NCBI RefSeq assembly: GCF_053165375.1
Contig: NZ_CP159209.1
Length of the DNA stretch: 32,000 nt
Reading direction: 5' to 3' (one strand)
Below the pieces are notes generated by a model. The model saw only the letters and a program-made list of their open reading frames with translations. It made no database searches and was not told the origin of the DNA. The position numbers and the translations under genes were made by a program. Below are positions 21,322-29,673 of the stretch, piece after piece; within the stretch, counting starts at the first letter, position 1; each line of letters begins with the position of its first letter.

Positions 21322-22048
21322 CTATTGCATACTGCAGGGAATGACCAGAACGGAGCGCGAAGAATTAAAAAGTTTCGCTACACAGTGCGGGAATGCTGGC
21401 GACATCCAAAGTCTGGAACGCACTTTAATTATGATTGCGCACTGGATGCGCCAGGGGCAAAGAGTTTCATTTACTGAATATGCCAGCCAGTGGACAGAGG
21501 CACAGCGCGAACGGAGCGACGGTAATCACTCAACACCCGAAATGACGAAGCAATGGCCTTTCAGTGGTAAAAGCTGTATCAGTCCCGGTGGTTCAGATTA
21601 TTACCCTGCTGGTGTGGGAGATGAGCCATGTTGTGACGAAACTGAAATCCGCCACGCAGTGACAGTAATTACCGCTGAATACCCACAATTTAACCTTGAC
21701 GGACTGGCGCTCCACAACCGGAATGCGGACTGGGAAAACCCGCTTGATAACCCGTCATTTATCGTATCGGCGAAAAGCTGCCTGAGATGGATCAGAGACA
21801 ACGGGATGAGTAATGCCCAGATTGAGAGCTTCCCGCAGGATAACCCCACATCTGACACGTTGAAGCATGAAGTGGAGCGATATAACCAGATAAACCACCA
21901 GCACAGTGATCACCCGCACTATATCCCCAACGGAGCATTTATTGCGGCGATGGTGGCAAGCGGCTACAAGGTTAAGCCAGCGGGAAGAATGAACGCATTT
22001 TTCAATATTTCAAAAAAGGGATTATGTGCTGCTATGGGTAAAAATTAA
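21311..22048 (+). CDS. Hypothetical protein (245 aa)
   Basis: Overlaps the preceding ORF; MNNNYCILQGMTRTEREELKSFATQCGNAGDIQSLERTLIMIAHWMRQG... Confidence 0.7.
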   Translation: MNNNYCILQGMTRTEREELKSFATQCGNAGDIQSLERTLIMIAHWMRQGQRVSFTEYASQWTEAQRERSDGNHSTPEMTKQWPFSGKSCISPGGSDYYPAGVGDEPCCDETEIRHAVTVITAEYPQFNLDGLALHNRNADWENPLDNPSFIVSAKSCLRWIRDNGMSNAQIESFPQDNPTSDTLKHEVERYNQINHQHSDHPHYIPNGAFIAAMVASGYKVKPAGRMNAFFNISKKGLCAAMGKN

Positions 22049-22053
22049 ATAAA

Positions 22054-22157
22054 TGGTACAGGTCTGTACAGGTGGGGAGAGGTCATTTTTACCCACCTGT
22101 ACCACCTGCAGGCCGCGTCACACAAGGGTTTGTGACATGGTGGTACAGGTGGTACAG
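22054..22157 (+). repeat. Iteron-like repeats, cluster 2 (direct and inverted)
   Basis: GGTACAGGTCTGTACAGGTGG, CACCTGTACCACCTG and TGGTACAGGTGGTACAG, same word as cluster 1 in both orientations. Confidence 0.7.
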
Positions 22158-22522
22158 CAAAAACAGCGATTTTCTTTATAAGGTATGTTTTGCTCATCTG
22201 GCAGACGGAGGTATTCGCTGCGGTTTGGCACATAGCCCAGAACAGCAAAGAGTTTTACGAGACTTTTGTAAAATCCAGTGTACAAGGGCGTGACGTTTTT
22301 GAAGGAGAGACCTACGAAATTTTCGTAGTTCAAAAAATAGCCTCTGAGATGTTGTTATGCCTGTTCAGCAAACCATCCGCATAGCTGATCGCGAATCAAA
22401 TTACCAATGGAGCCAGAAGCAAGGGCAGAACTGGAAAGCGCCTGCCGTGAAGAGTAATGCGACATCGTAAATATAGTTTTTAGAGTCCATAAAAAACCTG
22501 TCAAAACCTGACATACAGAACG

Positions 22523-22555
22523 ATGCCACCAGCTACTGAGCGGTGGCATTTTTTT
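22523..22555 (+). terminator. Intrinsic terminator
   Basis: ATGCCACC-AGCTACTGAGC-GGTGGCAT-TTTTTT. Confidence 0.85.
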
Positions 22556-22619
22556 GTGCTATTTGTTTCATATTTTGCAATCACAATGATGAATATTGCG
22601 TTTTATGAAACTATAATGA

Positions 22620-22635
22620 CTGTTGTTTTATACAG
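22620..22635 (+). promoter_or_regulatory. Perfect LexA box core with TATAAT immediately upstream
   Basis: CTGT-TGTTTTAT-ACAG (22620-22635); TATAAT at 22612-22617; next gene ATG at 22651. Confidence 0.8.
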
Positions 22636-22650
22636 TTCTAAGGGGGCGTT

Positions 22651-22824
22651 ATGGCTATTTCAGTAAAGCCGGTATTGATAAGTGAGAAGCAAATGGAAGC
22701 GATAAAGAAAATTCAGGAGGAGCAGCGTAAAAAATCAGAGGTAGGAGTTGCGCCAACGATCCACGAAATTGCTCGGGGATTAATGGATAAGGCGCTGGCT
22801 TACACTTTAACTGGACGTGGGTAA
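22651..22824 (+). CDS. Small hypothetical protein (57 aa), first gene behind the LexA box
   Basis: MAISVKPVLISEKQMEAIKKIQEEQRKKSEVGVAPTIHEIARGLMDKALAYTLTGRG; below the 60-aa track cutoff. RHH-like flavour, low certainty. Confidence 0.65.
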   Translation: MAISVKPVLISEKQMEAIKKIQEEQRKKSEVGVAPTIHEIARGLMDKALAYTLTGRG

Positions 22825-22828
22825 ATCA

Positions 22829-24172
22829 ATGGCTACGTGGAAACAGGGTATTAATTCTGGTGGTTTTCTGGCTGGCATTGGTGCGCAAAATGAGAATGCG
22901 CCAAAGGCAAGCGACATTAACGCAACGCTTGGTCTGATCCGCGAAAACAATGAACTGGCTCGCTCAGGTGCAAATAACGTTGGTCTGACAGGTCTTCGAG
23001 GTCTGGCTGGAGTTGCTGATATTTATAAGCAGCAGCAACAGCAGGAGCGTAAAGCGGCATTCCAGAAAGGTTATGCAGATGCTTATGCGTCCGGTGACAG
23101 GGAGCAGATGCGTAATCTTATTACAGCATTCCCAGAAGAGTTTGAGGAAGTCCGTAAAGGGATGAGTTATGTCGATGATGCTCAAAGGGATGATTATGGC
23201 AATCTGGCGCTCAAAGCACAGGTAGCCTCATCGCTTGGTCCGGGCGCATTTGGCAGGTTCATGATGGATAATGAGCAGGAGATGCGTCGTTTAGGTATCC
23301 CTCCAGAAACTATTGCTGAAATGCAGGTTAATGACCCGCAGGGCTTCCAGCATTTCGCAGGTAATCTGGCGCTGTTTTCTCTCGGTCATGAGAAGTATTT
23401 CGATATCAAAGATCAAATGGAAGGTCGTCGACTTGAGCAAGGGCGACTGGATGAAAGTATGCGTCAGGCTGACATGGAGAACGCGAGAGGATGGGCAAAT
23501 ATCCAGAACGCTCAACTAGACAGGGCTCAGCGAGCACAAATTCACTCAGATGAGATGGGATTGAAGCTAATGGAGCTGGGGCAAAAAGGTAAGCCGTCAG
23601 CAGACTTAATTAAGGGATTAAATTCTGACATTACCAATTTTGGCAAAAATTATAACTCTGTCAGAGCGGCGGCAAACTCTCTGCAAGCCCTTAGCAAGGT
23701 AAATACTGGCGCTGCCCAACTTGGGATTATCTTCAACTACATGAAATCTCTTGACCCGCAGTCAGTCGTTCGTGAAGGCGAACAGGTTCAGGTAATGCGG
23801 TCTGATGGCATATGGGGACAAATCAAAGGATACATAGACCAGCTTAATGCTGGAAACGGCCTGTCGCAGGAGGCAAAGGATAACATTGTTAACGCCGCAA
23901 AAATCAACGCCAATGCTATGGGGCAGCAGTTTAACCAGCAGGTTGACGAGTATCTCGATACATATGGAGAAACTATTCCTCAGGGGCTAAGAAAAAGCCT
24001 TGAAAGAAGGAAAGCGAAGCTATTTGACGATGTTTCCGGGCAGCCTACATCACAGGCTGGCACTGGACAGGCAAAAGCGGCAACCGGAGGAATATCAGAA
24101 GGCGCAACGGCAACCAACCCTAAAACTGGTCAGAAAATCATTTACAGGAACGGAAAATGGCAGCAAATGTAA
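22829..24172 (+). CDS. P22 gp20-like DNA ejection (injection) protein
   Basis: MATWKQGINSGGFLAGIGAQNENAPKASDINATLGLIRENNELARSG...; long coiled, Gln-rich; followed by a gp16-like gene. Confidence 0.8.
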   Translation: MATWKQGINSGGFLAGIGAQNENAPKASDINATLGLIRENNELARSGANNVGLTGLRGLAGVADIYKQQQQQERKAAFQKGYADAYASGDREQMRNLITAFPEEFEEVRKGMSYVDDAQRDDYGNLALKAQVASSLGPGAFGRFMMDNEQEMRRLGIPPETIAEMQVNDPQGFQHFAGNLALFSLGHEKYFDIKDQMEGRRLEQGRLDESMRQADMENARGWANIQNAQLDRAQRAQIHSDEMGLKLMELGQKGKPSADLIKGLNSDITNFGKNYNSVRAAANSLQALSKVNTGAAQLGIIFNYMKSLDPQSVVREGEQVQVMRSDGIWGQIKGYIDQLNAGNGLSQEAKDNIVNAAKINANAMGQQFNQQVDEYLDTYGETIPQGLRKSLERRKAKLFDDVSGQPTSQAGTGQAKAATGGISEGATATNPKTGQKIIYRNGKWQQM

Positions 24173-26274
24173 TCTTACCGGAAGGTTTTGTGCTCGATGA
24201 ACAACCTGATAACTCACAGTTTCCTGATAGTTCACAGCTTCCTGATGGTTTTGTGCTTGATGCCCAACCAGAACAGCAGCAATCACCTTTGGTTTCACCA
24301 GAGGAAAATTCCAGACAGGAAAATGTTGTTAATAATGCTAACGGTTTCGACCGTTTTATGTATGGCGTTCTCAGTGGATTGATGGATGTTGGTAAAGGTG
24401 TTGGCCTGTTTCAGGATATGACACCAGAAGAGCAAGCCGCAATTCAGTCTCTACAGCAGAAGTTAGCGGCAAAACCATCAACCGCACAAGATGTTGGTGA
24501 GTTCGTTGGACAAGCAGCGCCATTTGTTAGTGGTGGTGGGATTATTTCTCAGGTTCCCAAAGGGGCGGCAAGACTGGCTGCCGCCGCAGGGCTTGGTGCT
24601 GGAGAAGGGGCTATTGTAGCCAATGGAACAAATAGCGATGTTGCTTCCGGCGCTGCTATTGGCGCTGTGGCTGGCCCTGTAGCCGAACTTGCTGGCCCTG
24701 CAATTAATAAAATAGCTGGGAAATTAACCAAGAAGAATGTTTCTTCGATTCCAGATATTGAGGGGATTACTCCTGCCGAAGAGAAAATTCGTAAGTTATC
24801 TGCACAAGGCAACCCAAATCTTGCCTCTTCGCTTGAAGGGCTAGATCTAAAACCTCAGAAAGAAATTGTTGAGGCTGCAAATAGGCTTCATGTTGATTCA
24901 GTTCTTCCTTCTCATTTATCAGGAAATGAGCAATACCAAGCTGTAGAGCAAGCCCTAAAGTCACGGACAGGATCAGCGTTAAAAGCTCAAGAAGATAAAG
25001 CAATAAGCGAATTAGCCTCTAGTGCTGGCAAGATAATCGATGATGTTGCTGGTGCGCCAGATGCGTTAGCTATGAGCGAAAAATATATTTATCAGATAAA
25101 TAGTAGAATGGAAGCACTAAAAAACCGTAGTGATCAGTTATATAAACGTGTTGATTCCGCTCTATCACCAAGAACAAAAGTCGAAGCAAATAACACAAGC
25201 ACTATGCTGGAAAAAATCGCTGATGATTTAGGAGGGTGGGATAATCTTGACCCAATAGAAAAGCGAGTTTTTACAGCAATAAACCCCGGCCCAGATAGCA
25301 TCCTAACGTATGCAAATTTAAACAGGCAAAGGCGTTTAGTTGGTGATGCCCTAAATAAAAAGCAGGGGCCATACAAAGATGCTGATAAAGAAGCGCTATC
25401 AAGACTATATGGAGCTTTAGCTGAAGACCAAAAATCTGTCTTATCCAATACTGGATACTTGCGAGATTTCGAAGTCGCACAACGCCTTGTAGCTATGAGA
25501 AAAAACTTAGAAAGGCAAATGGTAAATCTTCGCGGGAAAACACTTAATGGGGATATAGCGTATAAAGTAACGAATTCTCTTCAATCTATGGCAAAAGGTG
25601 ATGCGAGAGGGTTTCGTGAGATTATGCAAAATACTCCATCAAGAACATTGCGAAGGGAGCTAGTAGGAACAGCATTAAGAGATATGCTTTCCTCTGGGAA
25701 GCGTGGGGCCGACTTTAATCCATCTGGCTTTGCAGATTGGTGGCAAAACTTGCAACACAGTGGACAGCTAAAGACTTTGGCTGAACATTTGCCAAAAGAA
25801 ACAATGAGCGGACTATATGATGTATACAAAGTTGCCAGAGCAATAAAAAATGCTAAAGCGCATGAAATATCTACTGGTAAGCTGAATGAGTTTGTAAACA
25901 GATTTAATCGGGTAACAGCTCCATACGAACTAGCAGCAAAACACATTCAAAAAATAGGCACGATGGTAGGCGCTCATTTTGGATCGCTTGGAGCCATTGC
26001 TGGGGCTGATATTGGAGCAAGATTGGCGAGTAAAGCTCGATTAGCTGGTGGAGCAGGGGCGGCTGATGCTGCGGATAAATTAATTGCCTCGCCAGCCTTC
26101 CAGAGCGCAGTAAAAAATCTACACGGAAAAGCGCCTGGGCACATTGTTGATTCACGTATCAGGCGCTCCCCTCAATGGAAGAGTTTTTTTAACTCTCTTC
26201 CTGAACAGGAAAAACGGACCATCGCCAGACTGGGCATCATTACTTGGCTATCTAATGATCCAGATAATGACTAG
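24157..26274 (+). CDS. P22 gp16-like DNA ejection/transfer protein (705 aa)
   Basis: MAANVILPEGFVLDEQPDNSQ... with Gly/Ala-rich hydrophobic segments (AARLAAAAGLGAGEGAIVANG, GAAIGAVAGPVAELAGPAINKIAG); gene order 20-16. Confidence 0.75.
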   Translation: MAANVILPEGFVLDEQPDNSQFPDSSQLPDGFVLDAQPEQQQSPLVSPEENSRQENVVNNANGFDRFMYGVLSGLMDVGKGVGLFQDMTPEEQAAIQSLQQKLAAKPSTAQDVGEFVGQAAPFVSGGGIISQVPKGAARLAAAAGLGAGEGAIVANGTNSDVASGAAIGAVAGPVAELAGPAINKIAGKLTKKNVSSIPDIEGITPAEEKIRKLSAQGNPNLASSLEGLDLKPQKEIVEAANRLHVDSVLPSHLSGNEQYQAVEQALKSRTGSALKAQEDKAISELASSAGKIIDDVAGAPDALAMSEKYIYQINSRMEALKNRSDQLYKRVDSALSPRTKVEANNTSTMLEKIADDLGGWDNLDPIEKRVFTAINPGPDSILTYANLNRQRRLVGDALNKKQGPYKDADKEALSRLYGALAEDQKSVLSNTGYLRDFEVAQRLVAMRKNLERQMVNLRGKTLNGDIAYKVTNSLQSMAKGDARGFREIMQNTPSRTLRRELVGTALRDMLSSGKRGADFNPSGFADWWQNLQHSGQLKTLAEHLPKETMSGLYDVYKVARAIKNAKAHEISTGKLNEFVNRFNRVTAPYELAAKHIQKIGTMVGAHFGSLGAIAGADIGARLASKARLAGGAGAADAADKLIASPAFQSAVKNLHGKAPGHIVDSRIRRSPQWKSFFNSLPEQEKRTIARLGIITWLSNDPDND

Positions 26275-26293
26275 TGAATGGCCACGGATGGCC

Positions 26294-26719
26294 TCAATCT
26301 TTATTCTTTGAAATAGAGTCATTGATCTTTTCGAAACACCAATGAAATCCACAAAAGAGAGCTACACCAATATAACAATACAAAACTATCAACCACCTTT
26401 CAGTGTCCGAAGGGTAAAAAACATCAATTACATAAGCAACACCAATTGGTATTAATGCTAGTAATAACATCGACACAGGACGTACAAACTTCTGAACTAT
26501 ATCAATTTTATAGAACCACAAGGCGGTATGTTTAATGATATAAGTAAAGATGGCTGCGCCAATAATGGCAAAAAACACCATCGATAAAGTCGGGTATAAC
26601 TTTGCGACAATTAAACCCAACAAAATAATTATAACTGCCTGCCCCCTCACACCAACCCTCCCTTTAGCTTTGTTTAGAATGGCAATCATCATATATCCAA
26701 GACATGGCATTTGGTACAT
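26294..26719 (-). CDS. Small multi-pass membrane protein in the P22 sieA position
   Basis: QAVIIILLGLIVAKLYPTLSMVFFAIIGAAIFTYII, VSMLLLALIPIGVAYVIDVF, WLIVLYCYIGVALFCGFHW; antisense immediately after the gp16-like gene. Homology to SieA not verified. Confidence 0.55.
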   Translation of the reverse strand: MYQMPCLGYMMIAILNKAKGRVGVRGQAVIIILLGLIVAKLYPTLSMVFFAIIGAAIFTYIIKHTALWFYKIDIVQKFVRPVSMLLLALIPIGVAYVIDVFYPSDTERWLIVLYCYIGVALFCGFHWCFEKINDSISKNKD

Positions 26720-27386
26720 AGCTTGGGTCGGGATTTCAAATCCGCTCCCAGTTGATGGGGCCGTTACAGTACGCGCATATCCGCTTTATGTGAAACAGGA
26801 AGATTTTTCTGATATCACTGCCACAGCAAAACACCAATTTCGAGACAAGTACGCGCACGATGGAGGGGAGTACCATAAAACTGTTCTCTACATAAGTCAG
26901 AGTGGTGGCGATGTGTTGATTATCGGCGTATATGCGCACAGGACGCGCTATGACAATGTTTTATGCGGGTACACCAATCACATGTATCTGGTGTGATAAA
27001 TCGCGTTACATGACCTCTCATGTTGTGCTGGTGGTTATCACGACTTTCTGAATCTGGCCTTTGCCTGATATTTTGCGACAAGTACGCGCGCGTAGCATCG
27101 AAATTATCGGATGGCGTATGCTGCTGGCAATATGAAGACCGATAGTATTAACCGAAAAGCGATTAAGGAGTGCCAACTTTTCAGTAGAGAAACTAGCCAG
27201 CATAGGAAAATGTAGAAATTACCCAATTAATAGGTAAAAGTTATTGACACAGCCTGTAGTGGATAACGATATGAATAAAAACCACATATAGTGGTTTTTC
27301 GTGAGTGATGATAGTACCTATGTTAGTTTCCTAAGTAACTGTGCATTGACATGTGGATAACTTCGGATAGAGTTACACTCAACTGA

Positions 27387-27439
27387 GCCCGGCCCCCTGG
27401 CTTTATCTTGTCTTAGATGAGAAATTGTTATGGCCGGGC
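27387..27439 (+). ncRNA. Candidate structured RNA upstream of the Abi_2 gene
   Basis: GCCCGGCC (27387-27394) pairs perfectly with GGCCGGGC (27432-27439), enclosing a TTATCT-TGTCTT-AGATGA inner hairpin. Confidence 0.45.
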
Positions 27440-27471
27440 CTTCTTGTATCTGGAGGTAGGAAACCTTTTGT

Positions 27472-28434
27472 ATGGCTGTTCCGGTTAAGGTTCATAAAGA
27501 ATATGATGAACTTGTCGATTTATTGCTGTCTCGGGGTATGGATGTGCCAGATCGCGAACATGCTATCAAGAAAATCTCACAAGTAGGCTACTACCGATTA
27601 TCAGGCTTTTGGTACCCCTGCCGAATCCCCCATATAACAACAGACAATATTAGAACCAGACTCGATCAGGTTCGTCCAGGTACTAATTTTCGCGCAGTAT
27701 ATGACCTCTATTTATTCGATAAAAATCTGCGTTTGCAGATGATGAATGCGTTAGAACGCATTGAGGTTTATGTTCGGTCAGTTATTGCTCATGAGCTTGG
27801 TAAGATATCTCCTTTAGCATATCTTGATGACTCGCTAATAAATCCAAAACACTTTAGACCACGTTCCCATGGTCGCCCAAGCGCCAGAGAAGAATGGATA
27901 AATAAACATAATGCCGAGATTGCTAAAAGTCGCGAAGACTTTATCAAATGGCATGAAAACAAGTACGAAGGTCTTCCTTTCTGGGTGGTTATTGAAGTGT
28001 GGGACTTCGGCTTAATGTCAAAGTATTATGCGATGCTAAAAGACAGCTATCGCAACAGGATACTATCTAGGCTAGGGATAGCGGCAGGCAATGGAGCTAT
28101 CTTCCAAAACTGGCTTAGCGCAATGAATGTGCTAAGGAATCGGTGCGCTCACCATTCACGCATCTGGAACAAGGTCAACGAACCAAGATTAATGCCTTTG
28201 CCAAATGAGCCGTACTTTGAACAATTAAATATGAATGATGATGCGTACGAAAGAATGTACGGAATGATCGCTGTGTTATGGTTTTTAGTGAAAAAAATTG
28301 GACCGGGATCTGACTGGATAAAAAAAGTTGCCAACCTTGTAGATAACAAGCCTAACTTACCAGGATGTAACCTGACAGCCATGGGATTACCTGATAATAA
28401 CGGTTTCCCAAGGCATTTATTTGATATTGAATAA
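27472..28434 (+). CDS. Abi_2 family (AbiD/AbiF-like) abortive infection protein
   Basis: VDLLLSRGMDVPDREHAIKKISQVGYYRLSGFWYP...; RX4H motifs RSVIAH and RNRCAH (LRNRCAHHSRIWN). 320 aa. Confidence 0.92.
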   Translation: MAVPVKVHKEYDELVDLLLSRGMDVPDREHAIKKISQVGYYRLSGFWYPCRIPHITTDNIRTRLDQVRPGTNFRAVYDLYLFDKNLRLQMMNALERIEVYVRSVIAHELGKISPLAYLDDSLINPKHFRPRSHGRPSAREEWINKHNAEIAKSREDFIKWHENKYEGLPFWVVIEVWDFGLMSKYYAMLKDSYRNRILSRLGIAAGNGAIFQNWLSAMNVLRNRCAHHSRIWNKVNEPRLMPLPNEPYFEQLNMNDDAYERMYGMIAVLWFLVKKIGPGSDWIKKVANLVDNKPNLPGCNLTAMGLPDNNGFPRHLFDIE

Positions 28435-28435
28435 A

Positions 28436-28879
28436 TTATAGCGATGGCGCTGAATGTAGCGCCACTGATAACTTTTCAGCATTGCTTCCCTGACGCTTCC
28501 ACGCGCTGTAAATATCTTTATCCCATGCCTTACCAGCTTTTGTTTGATAGCCTGCTTCATTGATCCGTTCAGCTATCACGCGCCCATTATCAAATCCCTG
28601 TCGGATGGTATCGGCAATGATCTTTATAACTGCCGTTTCGTTATATGGCTTTGGTGGGATGTTCGGCTTTCCGGCAATAAGCGACGCAGCGGCTTTTTCC
28701 ATGCGCTCCACCAGCCCAAGCATTCGTGAATCAATAGACTTTTCCGGCTGTCCCAGCTTCATGCGAATCGCATCAACAAGCCAGGAGGTTTTATCCCCTC
28801 CAGAAGCGAGAACAGACCGATTAAACTCATCCTGCAATTCAGATGGGATGCGGAACGCGACCAGATTAGATTTGCTCAT
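28436..28879 (-). CDS. Putative RHH DNA-binding protein with a recombinase-like C-terminal HTH segment
   Basis: MSKSNLVAFRIPSELQDEFNRSVLASGGDKTSWLVDAIRMKLG and IAERINEAGYQTKAGKAWDKDIYSAWKR; ends 1 nt from the Abi_2 stop. Confidence 0.65.
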   Translation of the reverse strand: MSKSNLVAFRIPSELQDEFNRSVLASGGDKTSWLVDAIRMKLGQPEKSIDSRMLGLVERMEKAAASLIAGKPNIPPKPYNETAVIKIIADTIRQGFDNGRVIAERINEAGYQTKAGKAWDKDIYSAWKRQGSNAEKLSVALHSAPSL

Positions 28880-28908
28880 TGCAAAGACCATATCAGTGAG
28901 TAATATCC

Positions 28909-28940
28909 ATACAGTATACCACTGTATAACACTGTTATAC
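28909..28940. promoter_or_regulatory. Overlapping inverted repeats upstream of the RHH gene, candidate operator
   Basis: ATACAGT-ATACC-ACTGTAT (28909-28927) overlapping GTATAAC-ACT-GTTATAC (28924-28940). Confidence 0.6.
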
Positions 28941-29043
28941 GCTCAAATATCAGCCAGAAAATAACGGACCAATCACAAAGCTATCGCTGTGTTGTTGGTT
29001 CAGAGCTGGGCTGTGTTGGTTCAAAATAATCTGAGAGGCAGAA

Positions 29044-29331
29044 ATGATAAGGGACAGGAAAGCTGAAGAGCTGGAGTCAAAAGGGCTATACCGGAGAGCT
29101 GCCGCACGATGGGCAGAAGTCATGATGCTGGCAGATGGCGATAAAGAACGTGAACATGCAGCAAACAGACGATCTGAATGTATCCGTAAGGCGGCACGCC
29201 CACCAGCAACTACAGACAGATTCGGAGATTTAAGACAGGCAGTTAAGCGGACTCATTCGGCTCTTGGTATGGATGAGGAAGCGAGAGGGTACTTCAGGCG
29301 TTATCGCTATAAAGATTGCCAGAGACAGTAA
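29044..29331 (+). CDS. PerC-family transcriptional regulator
   Basis: MIRDRKAEELESKGLYRRAAARWAEVMMLADGDKEREHAANRRSECIRKAARPP; PerC-like pattern. Confidence 0.85.
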   Translation: MIRDRKAEELESKGLYRRAAARWAEVMMLADGDKEREHAANRRSECIRKAARPPATTDRFGDLRQAVKRTHSALGMDEEARGYFRRYRYKDCQRQ

Positions 29332-29673
29332 TGCTCTCTCTGTTTTGGCAAATTACCCCTCACTTTGAAGGGATCGGAGCTATAAAAATGGTGTTATCCG
29401 GCTTCCTGCATTGCAGGTTTTCGAAAGAATCAATGGGTTAGGTTATCGTGCAAATTTGCACTCTGCCAGCCAACGCAATTTCTCGTTGGCGGAAATATCA
29501 GGTATTTACTGAACGAACGGTCTACCCGCCTGTTCAACTACCAGTTGTACATGGCTGCTTTATGTGCAAATGGTGGTGAGAGAAAATTGTTTGGGGGTAC
29601 TTTTGGGGGTATCTCCAAAGATGTAACGTGAAAATATCTTTATATATCAATGTATTTTTATTGTTTGTTTTGT

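Noticed and set aside
22072-22384. Short ORFs on both strands between iteron cluster 2 and the terminator
   Set aside because: The 64-aa + ORF (FYETFVKSSVQGRDVFEGETYEIFVVQK) could be a decayed gene, but no RBS or family supports it.
26550-26996. 148-aa + strand ORF overlapping the membrane protein antisense
   Set aside because: The 3' half (VGISNPLPVDGAVTVRAYPLYVKQEDF...) looks partly protein-like but no family was recognised and the start is unclear; possible remnant, not supported enough to list.
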